From positions 1,058,407 to 1,082,406 of the forward strand of contig NZ_KK073875.1 of assembly GCF_000585395.1 (NCBI RefSeq): a stretch of 24,000 bases of DNA, given 5' to 3'. The notes beneath the pieces were generated by a model that had not been told where the DNA came from, did not search any database, and was given only the letters and a program-made list of their open reading frames with translations. How positions within the stretch are numbered: position 1 is the first letter of the stretch; the number at the start of each line of letters is the position of its first letter. This DNA is from Saccharibacillus sacchari DSM 19268. GTDB taxonomy: Bacteria > Bacillota > Bacilli > Paenibacillales > Paenibacillaceae. Positions 8,124-15,436 of the stretch are shown piece by piece. Both the position numbers and the translations under genes were made by a program.

Positions 8124-9143
8124 ATGGACTTTGTGGCAATCGACTTCGAAACGGCCAACTCCAAACGGGCAAGCGTCTGTGCGGTAGGCCTGGTCGAGGT
8201 GCGCGGCGGACGCATCGTCGACGAATATTACACGCTCGTCAATCCGCACGATGATTTTGATTATTTTTGTATTGCGGTGCATGGCATTACGCCCGATCAG
8301 GTCGAGGATGCGCCTTCATTTGCTGAGATTTGGCCTGAAATGCGAAGCCGGATCGAAGGCCGCGTGCTGGTCGCGCACAACGCTTCGTTCGATATGAGCG
8401 TATTGCGCCGCAGCGCCGAAGAATACGGTCTGGAACTGCCTCATATCCAATACATGTGCTCCTTCCTGATGGCGCGCAAGATCTGGCCGACGATGCCGAA
8501 TCATAAATTGAATACCGTAGCGAGCCAACTGGGTCTCAGCGCATTCAAGCATCACGACGCGATCGAGGATGCGCGAACGTCGGCCAAGATCATGCTGCGT
8601 TGTTCAACGGAAGGCGAAGCTTCGGATTGCGATGCCCTCGCGGCGCGTTACGGCTATCGCATTGGACAGATTACGCAAAATGGCGAGCATGTGACGTTCT
8701 CGGCTTCGGCTCCGAAAAGCAATCGGGGACGCGCCGGACAAGGCAGCTCTGCTGCTGCGAACGGTTCCTCAACGTCCAAAAAAAAGCCGCTTCCCGCATC
8801 CAATCGCGATGCTGACCCAACCAACCCGCTCTATGGAAAACGGATCGTATTCAGCGGCCGGATGAGCAGCATCAAGCGCGAAGAAGCGCTGCGACGTACC
8901 GCCAATCTGGGCGCATTCTGCACGGATTCGGTCGAATGGAAAACGGATTACCTGGTCGTGGGGCGCAACGATTATACAAAATACAGAGCGGGCAGCTACT
9001 CCAGCAGCAAGACGCAGTCGGCCGAAAAGCTGGCAGCCGGCGGCAGCACCATTCAAATCCTGTGCGAAGACGACTTCACGCCTCTGCTCGAAGAATTGGA
9101 ATTCGACGCCATACGGGTTGCGAAGGAGCGCCGCGATGGATAA
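8124..9143 (+). CDS. DEDDh (DnaQ-like) 3'-5' exonuclease fused to a C-terminal BRCT domain
   Basis: Exo I FVAIDFETAN, Exo II LVAHNASFDMSVL, Exo III HHDAIEDARTSAKI. A low-complexity linker precedes a BRCT-like GKRIVFSGRMSSIKREEALRRTANLGAFCTDSVEWKTDYLVVG. RBS GGGGAGGA lies 9 nt upstream. Confidence 0.8.
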   Translation: MDFVAIDFETANSKRASVCAVGLVEVRGGRIVDEYYTLVNPHDDFDYFCIAVHGITPDQVEDAPSFAEIWPEMRSRIEGRVLVAHNASFDMSVLRRSAEEYGLELPHIQYMCSFLMARKIWPTMPNHKLNTVASQLGLSAFKHHDAIEDARTSAKIMLRCSTEGEASDCDALAARYGYRIGQITQNGEHVTFSASAPKSNRGRAGQGSSAAANGSSTSKKKPLPASNRDADPTNPLYGKRIVFSGRMSSIKREEALRRTANLGAFCTDSVEWKTDYLVVGRNDYTKYRAGSYSSSKTQSAEKLAAGGSTIQILCEDDFTPLLEELEFDAIRVAKERRDG

Positions 9144-9393
9144 TCGTAAACTTCAGATGCGTTTGCAGCAAAAAATGTTTTTCGACGTCGTGTTCGTAGC
9201 GCTGGCGATTGCCGCGATTTTCTACTTCGAGTTGTACACGCCGCTCGGGATTTTGCTGCCGCTGCTGCTTGCGGCGCTTCGCACGTATACATTCGCGATG
9301 AATATCAGGCGGTTTCGCCGGATTTCGGCGGAGATCCGAAAAGAACAGCCCAAGAGTCGGTTATATCAGCAGGAAGAAGACGATGAGCCGTAG
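9136..9393 (+). CDS. Small two-TM membrane protein (hypothetical)
   Basis: ATG 9136 has AGGAG 7 nt upstream and overlaps the exonuclease stop (ATGGATAA). There are two hydrophobic segments (FFDVVFVALAIAAIFYF and LGILLPLLLAALRTY) and an acidic tail. Confidence 0.55.
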   Translation: MDNRKLQMRLQQKMFFDVVFVALAIAAIFYFELYTPLGILLPLLLAALRTYTFAMNIRRFRRISAEIRKEQPKSRLYQQEEDDEP

Positions 9394-9480
9394 TCGTGCG
9401 TGGCGCTGCGGGTTGAATTCGTTTCGGCCGCGTGTTGACTTGGGGAAGCCTGATTAGAATGGATATAAGGAAGCAAATAG

Positions 9481-9525
9481 AAAAAAAGAACCAGATCCTT
9501 TCTCGAAAGGGCCTGGTTCTTCGTT
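9481..9525. terminator. Hairpin terminator between convergent genes (best fit to the minus strand)
   Basis: AGAACCAG(487-494)/CTGGTTCT(513-520) with inner CCTT/AAGG pairing. The plus-strand A7 run at 9481-9487 gives a U-run on the minus strand. The plus-side tail TCGTT is weak. Confidence 0.65.
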
Positions 9526-9609
9526 GGTTGTGAATTATTTGTTTTCAAACACATCAGCACGTTGGGCTCGATGGACATACGGTTGGCATCCTTTTACAGC
9601 TTCAAGAAA

Positions 9610-10242
9610 TCAGGCTTCGCCGATCGATACCGGAACGCCGTCTTCCGTCGCATCCGGATCGCCGTAGATGAAGTGTTCGACGCTAATAATGTTCTCTTCG
9701 AGCGTCCCTTGCGAATTGTCGAAGTACAGAACCGAACGGCCCGGTAGCTCCCATTGGACTTCGGTGCGCTGCATGCGCTGCACGAATTCGTCCCAGTTCG
9801 CCAGTTTCCATTCGTCGGCTTTATGTCCGCGGTCTTCAATGCGTTTTTTGTACTGAGCCATGTCTTCCAGATAGACGTAAACGACTTTGACTTCAACGTC
9901 GTTCACGGTCGCGCCGATCTTGGCCAGTTCTTCATGAATCCAGTTCGGGTTGCGAATCTCGCTGGTGAACGGGCCGACCGCGAATACGTCGGAACCCAGT
10001 TCCAGGTTCTCCAAAGCCGAGTCCATCGTCAGACGATAACCCAAATCGCGGCACAGCAGCTTGTATGCGGCCGAATCTCGGTCATGCGGATCATGTCCCA
10101 TCAGCTCCATGATCTTCTCGCTCGCCGGACGGGAAGCGGTGTCCATGTCCAGAAAGACCGGATGTTCCTTGATCGTAATGCCTTTGGCGATCGTCGTTTT
10201 GCCGCTTCCGGCTCCCCCTACGAAAAATACCAGTTTGCGCAT
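9610..10242 (-). CDS. P-loop NTPase / putative kinase (AAA_33-like guess)
   Basis: Walker A FFVGGAGSGKTT sits immediately after the start, followed by FLDMDT, a candidate catalytic Asp strand. The start is ambiguous: GTG 10263, ATG 10254 or ATG 10242. AAGGGGA precedes the last one by 11 nt. Confidence 0.65.
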   Translation of the reverse strand: MRKLVFFVGGAGSGKTTIAKGITIKEHPVFLDMDTASRPASEKIMELMGHDPHDRDSAAYKLLCRDLGYRLTMDSALENLELGSDVFAVGPFTSEIRNPNWIHEELAKIGATVNDVEVKVVYVYLEDMAQYKKRIEDRGHKADEWKLANWDEFVQRMQRTEVQWELPGRSVLYFDNSQGTLEENIISVEHFIYGDPDATEDGVPVSIGEA

Positions 10243-10300
10243 AGCGTCTTTCATCCCCTTCACTTGCCTGCTTCACGGCTGATTTTTGTCATAAAGAAGC

Positions 10301-10334
10301 GCGTTTCATATTGAAATACGCGCTGCGAATTGAT
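10301..10334 (-). terminator. Terminator/attenuator-like hairpin between tatD and the P-loop gene
   Basis: The minus strand reads AGCGCGT-A-TTTCA-ATA-TGAAA-ACGCGCT (12 bp total), followed by TCTTTAT. It lies 130 nt after the tatD stop and 45-65 nt before the P-loop gene start. Confidence 0.5.
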
Positions 10335-10462
10335 GTGTATTGGATAATTTTCATTTTAACATACTCATTTCGAAATGTTTAATGTTCGTCGAGAAAATGT
10401 TTATTCTTTTACCTATTGTATCGCGGATTCACCTTGCACTTGATTAGAGCCGATCGGATTTT

Positions 10463-11260
10463 TTAAAGTTTGAAAAAAGCTTTCGCCGTCTCTGTCGTCT
10501 GTTCCATGACTAATTCTGCGCTTCTGCCCGTGCATTCCGCGACAGCACGCGCAATATGCGGCAGATAAATGGGCTCGTTCCGTCCGTCTTTCGGCTTTGG
10601 CACCAGATCGCGAGGCGTCAAAAACGGCGCGTCCGTCTCGATCATGAGCCGATCCGGCGGGATCAGGCGCACCAGCTCGCGCAGATGTTTGCCGCGGCGT
10701 TCGTCGCAGATCCAGCCCGTGATCCCGATATGCAGACCCATATCCAGATAAGCGCGCAGTTCCGCTTCCGTGCCGGTAAAACAATGCACCACGGCCGGAA
10801 GTTCGGCAGGCTTCATCCGGCGGATGATCCGCGCGAAGTCCTCGTGGGCGTCCCGTTCATGCAGGAACAGCGGCATCTCCAGCTCCTCTGCCAACTCGAC
10901 CTGCTTCGCGAACCATTCCAGCTGCGTGTCTCGCGGCGAGAAGTCGCGATTGTAATCCAGTCCGCATTCGCCGATCGCCACCACTTCATCTCCTGCTGCC
11001 AGGTCGCGGAGACTTTGCAGCGTGCGTTCGCCGCAGCTTTTCGCGTCATGCGGATGCACGCCTGCGGTTGCATAAAGCTGACCGGGATAACGTCGGGCAT
11101 AATCGGCGGCCGCTTCGCTGCTCCGCACGCTCGTCCCGGTGATAATCATGGGAGATACCCCCGCTTCAATCGCGGCTTGCACCACTTGCTCGCGGTCGTA
11201 ACCGAACGAGCGGTGCATCAGATTGATGCCGATATCGATTGTCTGTCGCAAAGATGACAT
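10463..11260 (-). CDS. tatD: TatD-family metal-dependent nuclease
   Basis: Collinear with my memory of E. coli TatD: IDIGINLMH, AGVHPHD, IGECGLDYNRDF, LFLHERDAHEDF, VVHCFTGT, IGITGWICDERRG, IETDAPFLTPRD, RNEP..LPHI. ATG 11260 has AAAGGAG 8 nt upstream; the ORF-track GTG at 11269 overlaps the RBS. Confidence 0.9.
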   Translation of the reverse strand: MSSLRQTIDIGINLMHRSFGYDREQVVQAAIEAGVSPMIITGTSVRSSEAAADYARRYPGQLYATAGVHPHDAKSCGERTLQSLRDLAAGDEVVAIGECGLDYNRDFSPRDTQLEWFAKQVELAEELEMPLFLHERDAHEDFARIIRRMKPAELPAVVHCFTGTEAELRAYLDMGLHIGITGWICDERRGKHLRELVRLIPPDRLMIETDAPFLTPRDLVPKPKDGRNEPIYLPHIARAVAECTGRSAELVMEQTTETAKAFFKL

Positions 11261-11319
11261 ATCCAACACTCCTTTTGCTGTTCATTGATCTGTACCTGAA
11301 TACGTCCAGCCTTATTCGT

Positions 11320-12021
11320 TTAACGCTTCGAGCGCGGCTCCGGCTTGTCTTCATAGGTCTCGTCCAGTTGGATCAGGTTGGGAGGAATACATTCAGCCAA
11401 CCAAACTTCGCTGCCCGCATCGTAAAAAATAATGCCTTCGTTCATTGCCGACGCGGAATCGATACGCAGCATGATGAGCTTACCCTTACGCCGTCCTGCC
11501 AATGCGGCAAAAGACGTTTCCGCCGACAGATGTACGTATTCCCGGCCCATGGGCAGCAGCCCGTGTTCTTCGATAGAAGGCAGCGCCTGTCGTCCCGTGC
11601 CGTGATACAGGACGGTCGGCGGCGTGCCTTGCGGATAAGTCACGCGTCCGAAACTATGACCGTAACGGGCGCGTATACGCGGCTCGGGCGCTTTTTCGGC
11701 CGATGCTCCCTTTTCCGCTTCGTCCACAGGCTCCAGGATTTCGAAACGCTGCTTGTCCGAACGACGCACCACGCCGCGAATGTCCTCTTCGGTCGTATCC
11801 GCGTAGCCGGTCCGGTTGCGGACGGCCGCCAATAGCTCGTCGAGTCCGCAAGATCCGTCTTCCGGATCAAGCGTCAGTCCGAAATCTTCCGGCGAATGCC
11901 GCAGCATCATGGACATCAGCTTGCTGATTTTTTTGTCCTGCTCGGCGGTCGACAACTTCGGTTCCCGGCTTTGTCCCCGGTAAGGATTGCCTCCGCCTTT
12001 GTTTTTATTGTTTTTGCTCAT
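11320..12021 (-). CDS. kptA: RNA 2'-phosphotransferase (Tpt1/KptA family)
   Basis: KISKLMSMMLRHSPEDFGLTLDPEDGSCGLDELL, then RFEI, RARYGHS, VLYHGT and VHLS motifs typical of Tpt1/KptA. RBS GAGGAGAA lies 8 nt upstream. Confidence 0.85.
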   Translation of the reverse strand: MSKNNKNKGGGNPYRGQSREPKLSTAEQDKKISKLMSMMLRHSPEDFGLTLDPEDGSCGLDELLAAVRNRTGYADTTEEDIRGVVRRSDKQRFEILEPVDEAEKGASAEKAPEPRIRARYGHSFGRVTYPQGTPPTVLYHGTGRQALPSIEEHGLLPMGREYVHLSAETSFAALAGRRKGKLIMLRIDSASAMNEGIIFYDAGSEVWLAECIPPNLIQLDETYEDKPEPRSKR

Positions 12022-12316
12022 TGGTCATTCTCCTCGTTTCTTCTTGCCTTACGCCGGGCATACGCAGCCAACTGGCATACTCATTGCGGAGCCACGGGTC
12101 GCTTGCGGTAGCGATCTTCCGATGCAGCTCTTCGATCAAGTTCGAAGACGCGTTTTCATTAATCGCCATAGGGATGAAATCCGTAAGATCGTGCGCACCT
12201 GCACACGCCGAAGCCTTCGCATACAAATCAATCAACGCGAGTACGGCCCATTCTTCGTCCAAATGTTCGGTCAGCCGATCCAGACATTTGTACAGCTCGT
12301 GAATGTCCGATTCCAT
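12005..12316 (-). CDS. Hypothetical 103-aa protein embedded in the RNA-repair operon
   Basis: ORF between rtcB and kptA whose 3' end overlaps the kptA start by 17 nt. ATG 12316 has GGGAGG 11 nt upstream; the longer ATG at 12385 has no RBS. Predicted helical and acidic, with no motif I recognise. Confidence 0.55.
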   Translation of the reverse strand: MESDIHELYKCLDRLTEHLDEEWAVLALIDLYAKASACAGAHDLTDFIPMAINENASSNLIEELHRKIATASDPWLRNEYASWLRMPGVRQEETRRMTNEQKQ

Positions 12317-12424
12317 GAACCCGAACGCCTCCCTGCTATCTATATCAACGCAAATACAACCCCGTTTGTTTCCCCGGAGCTGCATTTTTGCTTTTTTCGT
12401 ATCGCTGCGTTCGTCCGCTTCCGT

Positions 12425-13651
12425 TTAATCTTTATACGGATCAAACTCGTTCGCCCCTGCCATCGCGACGCCGATCGGCTTCAAGGTATGCAGCACGTCG
12501 ATCGTTTCCGAATGCGCGTCCAGCACCTCTTGAAGCTTCCGATATACAAAAGGACTCTCGTCCGTGCCCGCGCCTCTCAGCTCGACATCGAACTGCTTGA
12601 CCGCTTTCATCATGCGCTCTTCGGTAATCTCGCCGCCGATTCGCACACGCGTTTTCCAATTCATTTTCCCTGCGGCCTGCGTTCGGCTCATAATGCGACC
12701 TGCTCCATGCACCGTGCTGTAAAAGGACTCGCCGTTCTCCGCCGTGTTTTTCCCGCGCACGATCACCGAAATATCCGCCATGCTGCCTCCGATAAAACCG
12801 AGCTGACCCGGAGCCGAAGGCGTCGCTCCTTTGCGCACGACAATGCAGTCTTTGCCTTCGTGCTTTTCTTTCCAGGCGAAGTTGTGATGGTTGTGCACCT
12901 CGAAATCGCTTGTCGCGCCCAAAATACCCAACACCTGCTCGATGACGTAATCCCGCCCCGCATACGCGTAACGTCCGGCCAGCTTCATCGCGCGGTAGTA
13001 CATGTCGCCCGTCTCGCTATCGAGATCGAATAGTACAGGGGGCTGATCCATGCTTTCGCCCGGCGCTTTGCCCAAGAAATCGCGGCCCGCCGCCACGTTC
13101 AGGAACCCGCTCGCCGTTTTATGACCGAAGCCCCGGCTGCCGAAATGGTTTCCGATCCAGATCCGCCCCGTCGACGGCTCTTCGAAAATATCGACGTAAT
13201 GGTTGCCGCTGCCGACTGTGCCGAGTTGATCGCGCGCCAGCTTTTTCAGCTTGTCGTGCACATTGCCGCCGATCTGCCGATACACCGACCAGTCGGGATC
13301 GTCGAACAGCTCGTGATCCACCTTTTTCTGATTGACGCGGCCCACACCGAACTCCACGCTACGGGCGATCTGATCCATGACGGACTTGATGCGCGGTTTG
13401 ACGTCTTCGGCCATCAGGTTCGTGCGCACCGCTTTGTTGCCGCAGCCGATATCATAACCGACGCCGCTCGGGGAAATTTGCCCTTCGTACGCGAGGACGC
13501 CGCCGATCGGCTGGCTGTACCCTTTATGATGATCGGCCATCAGCAGCGCTTGCACCACGTTCCCATGGTATGCGCAGGTTTGAGCCTGCTTCAGCGCGCT
13601 TTCGTCCACTTTTCCCCATACCCTTACCTTATCTATCGTTTCGTAACTCAT
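12425..13651 (-). CDS. rtcB: RNA 3'-phosphate/5'-OH ligase RtcB
   Basis: 408 aa with MADHHKGYSQPIGGV, VGYDIGCGN, GSGNHYVDIF, GNHFGSRGFGH, HNHHNF and STVHGAGR (guanylyl-His region). The ATG overlaps the rsr stop (ATGA). Confidence 0.93.
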   Translation of the reverse strand: MSYETIDKVRVWGKVDESALKQAQTCAYHGNVVQALLMADHHKGYSQPIGGVLAYEGQISPSGVGYDIGCGNKAVRTNLMAEDVKPRIKSVMDQIARSVEFGVGRVNQKKVDHELFDDPDWSVYRQIGGNVHDKLKKLARDQLGTVGSGNHYVDIFEEPSTGRIWIGNHFGSRGFGHKTASGFLNVAAGRDFLGKAPGESMDQPPVLFDLDSETGDMYYRAMKLAGRYAYAGRDYVIEQVLGILGATSDFEVHNHHNFAWKEKHEGKDCIVVRKGATPSAPGQLGFIGGSMADISVIVRGKNTAENGESFYSTVHGAGRIMSRTQAAGKMNWKTRVRIGGEITEERMMKAVKQFDVELRGAGTDESPFVYRKLQEVLDAHSETIDVLHTLKPIGVAMAGANEFDPYKD

Positions 13652-15171
13652 GATGTTTCATTCCCTTCTTTTTCGTCCGCTAACCGATCCAAATCCATTC
13701 TCGCGACATGCGCACTCATGGAATCGAACCCGCGCGCCGCCGCCGAGATATAAGGCAGCACCTGATCGCTCCAGCCGTAGACGTAATGCGTGTTCAGGTC
13801 TTCCTTGGGCACCATCGCTCCGCGATACGGCGACAAATCGACGATGAACGCTTTGGCGTCGCGGTTGATTTTGGAACGATAACGCTGAAGTTCGGTATAA
13901 AAAGGACTGCCTTCGTTCTGCTGCTCGTCCGTCACGATAATGATCTGGTCGACGTTTTCCCGCAGCTCGTTCAGACGCCGCACCGGCAGGCCCGTATCCG
14001 TTCCGCCTCTGGCTTTGATCCGCGATGCTTGTCCCATGATGCTCGCGTTTCGCGAAGGCTGCGGGTCGTGCACTTCATGGTCAAAAGTGAGAAAAATCGA
14101 GCGTCCGCCCGTCTTTTTATACAGAGCCAAAGCGAAAACGGAACCCGTCCGCAAATAATCGCCTTCCATCGAACCCGAAATATCGAGCAGAATCGCGGTA
14201 CGGCCCGGCAGATCCGGCAGGCTGGCGAAGGTCAGATCGACGGCTTCGGCCAATGCTTCCTTGATGACCGGATGTTTCACCTGACCGTAAGCCGTGGCGA
14301 ACCGCAGCGGCAAAATCTTCGATTTGCGCAGCGCCGCCGCATCGTTCAGACGCTCGACCGCGTAGCGCAGATGCTGCGGATGCTCGAACAATCCTTCGCG
14401 CTCGAACGTGTTTAGATGGCGCAGCAGCGCGAAGATCGGCATCTGGTACAGCAGCGCTTCCCAGATTTTTTTGTTCGCCGTTACCGCTCCGGTCACCGTC
14501 TCGTACGGCAGCTTGCCTTCGCGGATCAGGCGGATGCGCGTTTTGTCTTTGCTCGCCTTTTTCAACTGTTCGACGGCTTGGATCTGCGGCAACCCTTCGA
14601 GCGTCGTCTCATGGCCGCGCAGATAACGGAACAGCGCCTGCTGGCGTTCGTCGGTTGGAATCGGATGCGCGGTCGCGATCGCGTCTCCCAAATTATACCC
14701 CCGACCGTGGCCGCCGTATTTGATCGCCCAATATTCCGACGTTTTTTGCAGGAAAGCCGCGATTTGCCGCTTAACCGCACGGCCTCCCTGACCCCGTCCC
14801 ATGCCGCGCAGAATCGTCAGGAAGTCGGACAGGTCGGGCGGAATCAGAACTAAGTGCAGGAATACTTTGCGGAATAGGTCAGGGCGCGCTTTGGACAGTA
14901 CCGCCAACCCGTAAATCGGCTGCAAACGCATAAAGCCTTTTGTTCTCGCGAACACCAGTGCCTTGGCCATGAATTCCGGGTTCAGCTCGACCATCGCTTC
15001 GTGCGTATCGGCAGCTTGAGCCAGCAGATCGTGAGCGTCCGCATAAAAGGTATTGCCGAGCGTGTTCGTCAGCAGCATCTGCACGTATTCTTCTTCGAAG
15101 CTGCGATTATGGGCACGGTACCCTTCGGCGTTGAACAGGGATTCGGTAAAACGTTGCACGGCACGACTCAT
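13648..15171 (-). CDS. rsr: Ro60-related protein Rsr (TROVE domain + vWA/MIDAS domain)
   Basis: TROVE-like LGNTFYAD, RTKGFMRLQPIYGLAVL, LRGMGRGQGGRAVKRQIA, WAIKYGGHGRGYNLGDAIATAHPIP. C-terminal vWA with the MIDAS motif LLDISGSM and RGGTDTG. RBS GAAGGAGG lies 8 nt upstream. Confidence 0.9.
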   Translation of the reverse strand: MSRAVQRFTESLFNAEGYRAHNRSFEEEYVQMLLTNTLGNTFYADAHDLLAQAADTHEAMVELNPEFMAKALVFARTKGFMRLQPIYGLAVLSKARPDLFRKVFLHLVLIPPDLSDFLTILRGMGRGQGGRAVKRQIAAFLQKTSEYWAIKYGGHGRGYNLGDAIATAHPIPTDERQQALFRYLRGHETTLEGLPQIQAVEQLKKASKDKTRIRLIREGKLPYETVTGAVTANKKIWEALLYQMPIFALLRHLNTFEREGLFEHPQHLRYAVERLNDAAALRKSKILPLRFATAYGQVKHPVIKEALAEAVDLTFASLPDLPGRTAILLDISGSMEGDYLRTGSVFALALYKKTGGRSIFLTFDHEVHDPQPSRNASIMGQASRIKARGGTDTGLPVRRLNELRENVDQIIIVTDEQQNEGSPFYTELQRYRSKINRDAKAFIVDLSPYRGAMVPKEDLNTHYVYGWSDQVLPYISAAARGFDSMSAHVARMDLDRLADEKEGNETS

Positions 15172-15251
15172 GTCGATGGCCTCCTTCGGATGTTGGACTG
15201 CTTATATTGGATTGTTGGTAAGGGAAACGGATCGTTGTGCTGCTCACACGT

Positions 15252-15292
15252 GAGACGTTCATGTTTTTGCGCGACGACATGGATGAACGTCT
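15252..15292 (-). promoter_or_regulatory. 10-bp-stem hairpin in the rsr 5' leader, adjacent to CTCAC-N2-GTGAG
   Basis: AGACGTTCAT(15252-15261) and ATGAACGTCT(15283-15292) are perfect inverted repeats with a 21-nt loop. The inverted repeat CTCACacGTGAG at 15243-15254 abuts it. It lies 80-120 nt upstream of the rsr ATG. Confidence 0.4.
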
Positions 15293-15436
15293 TGCGTTTA
15301 AACAGCAGAGAATAGATGAACACGAATCGCCGGCGAAGAAAAACGGAGAAGGTCACGCGGGGCTCGAAACCCTTTACTGCCGTTTTGGTTCTCTTTTATG
15401 GTCGAAGGAACCCTCTCCCGCGCCTCGTCGGCGTTA

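Noticed and set aside
7584-8282. 232-aa minus-strand ORF
   Set aside because: It overlaps both the oxidoreductase and the exonuclease genes on the opposite strand, and both of those have clear motifs and RBSs.
12317-12385. Longer 126-aa version of the small ORF starting at ATG 12385
   Set aside because: No Shine-Dalgarno sequence precedes that ATG (AAAAAAGCAAAA), whereas GGGAGG precedes the internal ATG at 12316. The extension is also Cys/Arg-rich and unlike the rest of the protein.
11987-14415. Plus-strand ORFs of 348, 210 and 235 aa
   Set aside because: They are antisense to rtcB, rsr and the small ORF, all of which carry diagnostic motifs.
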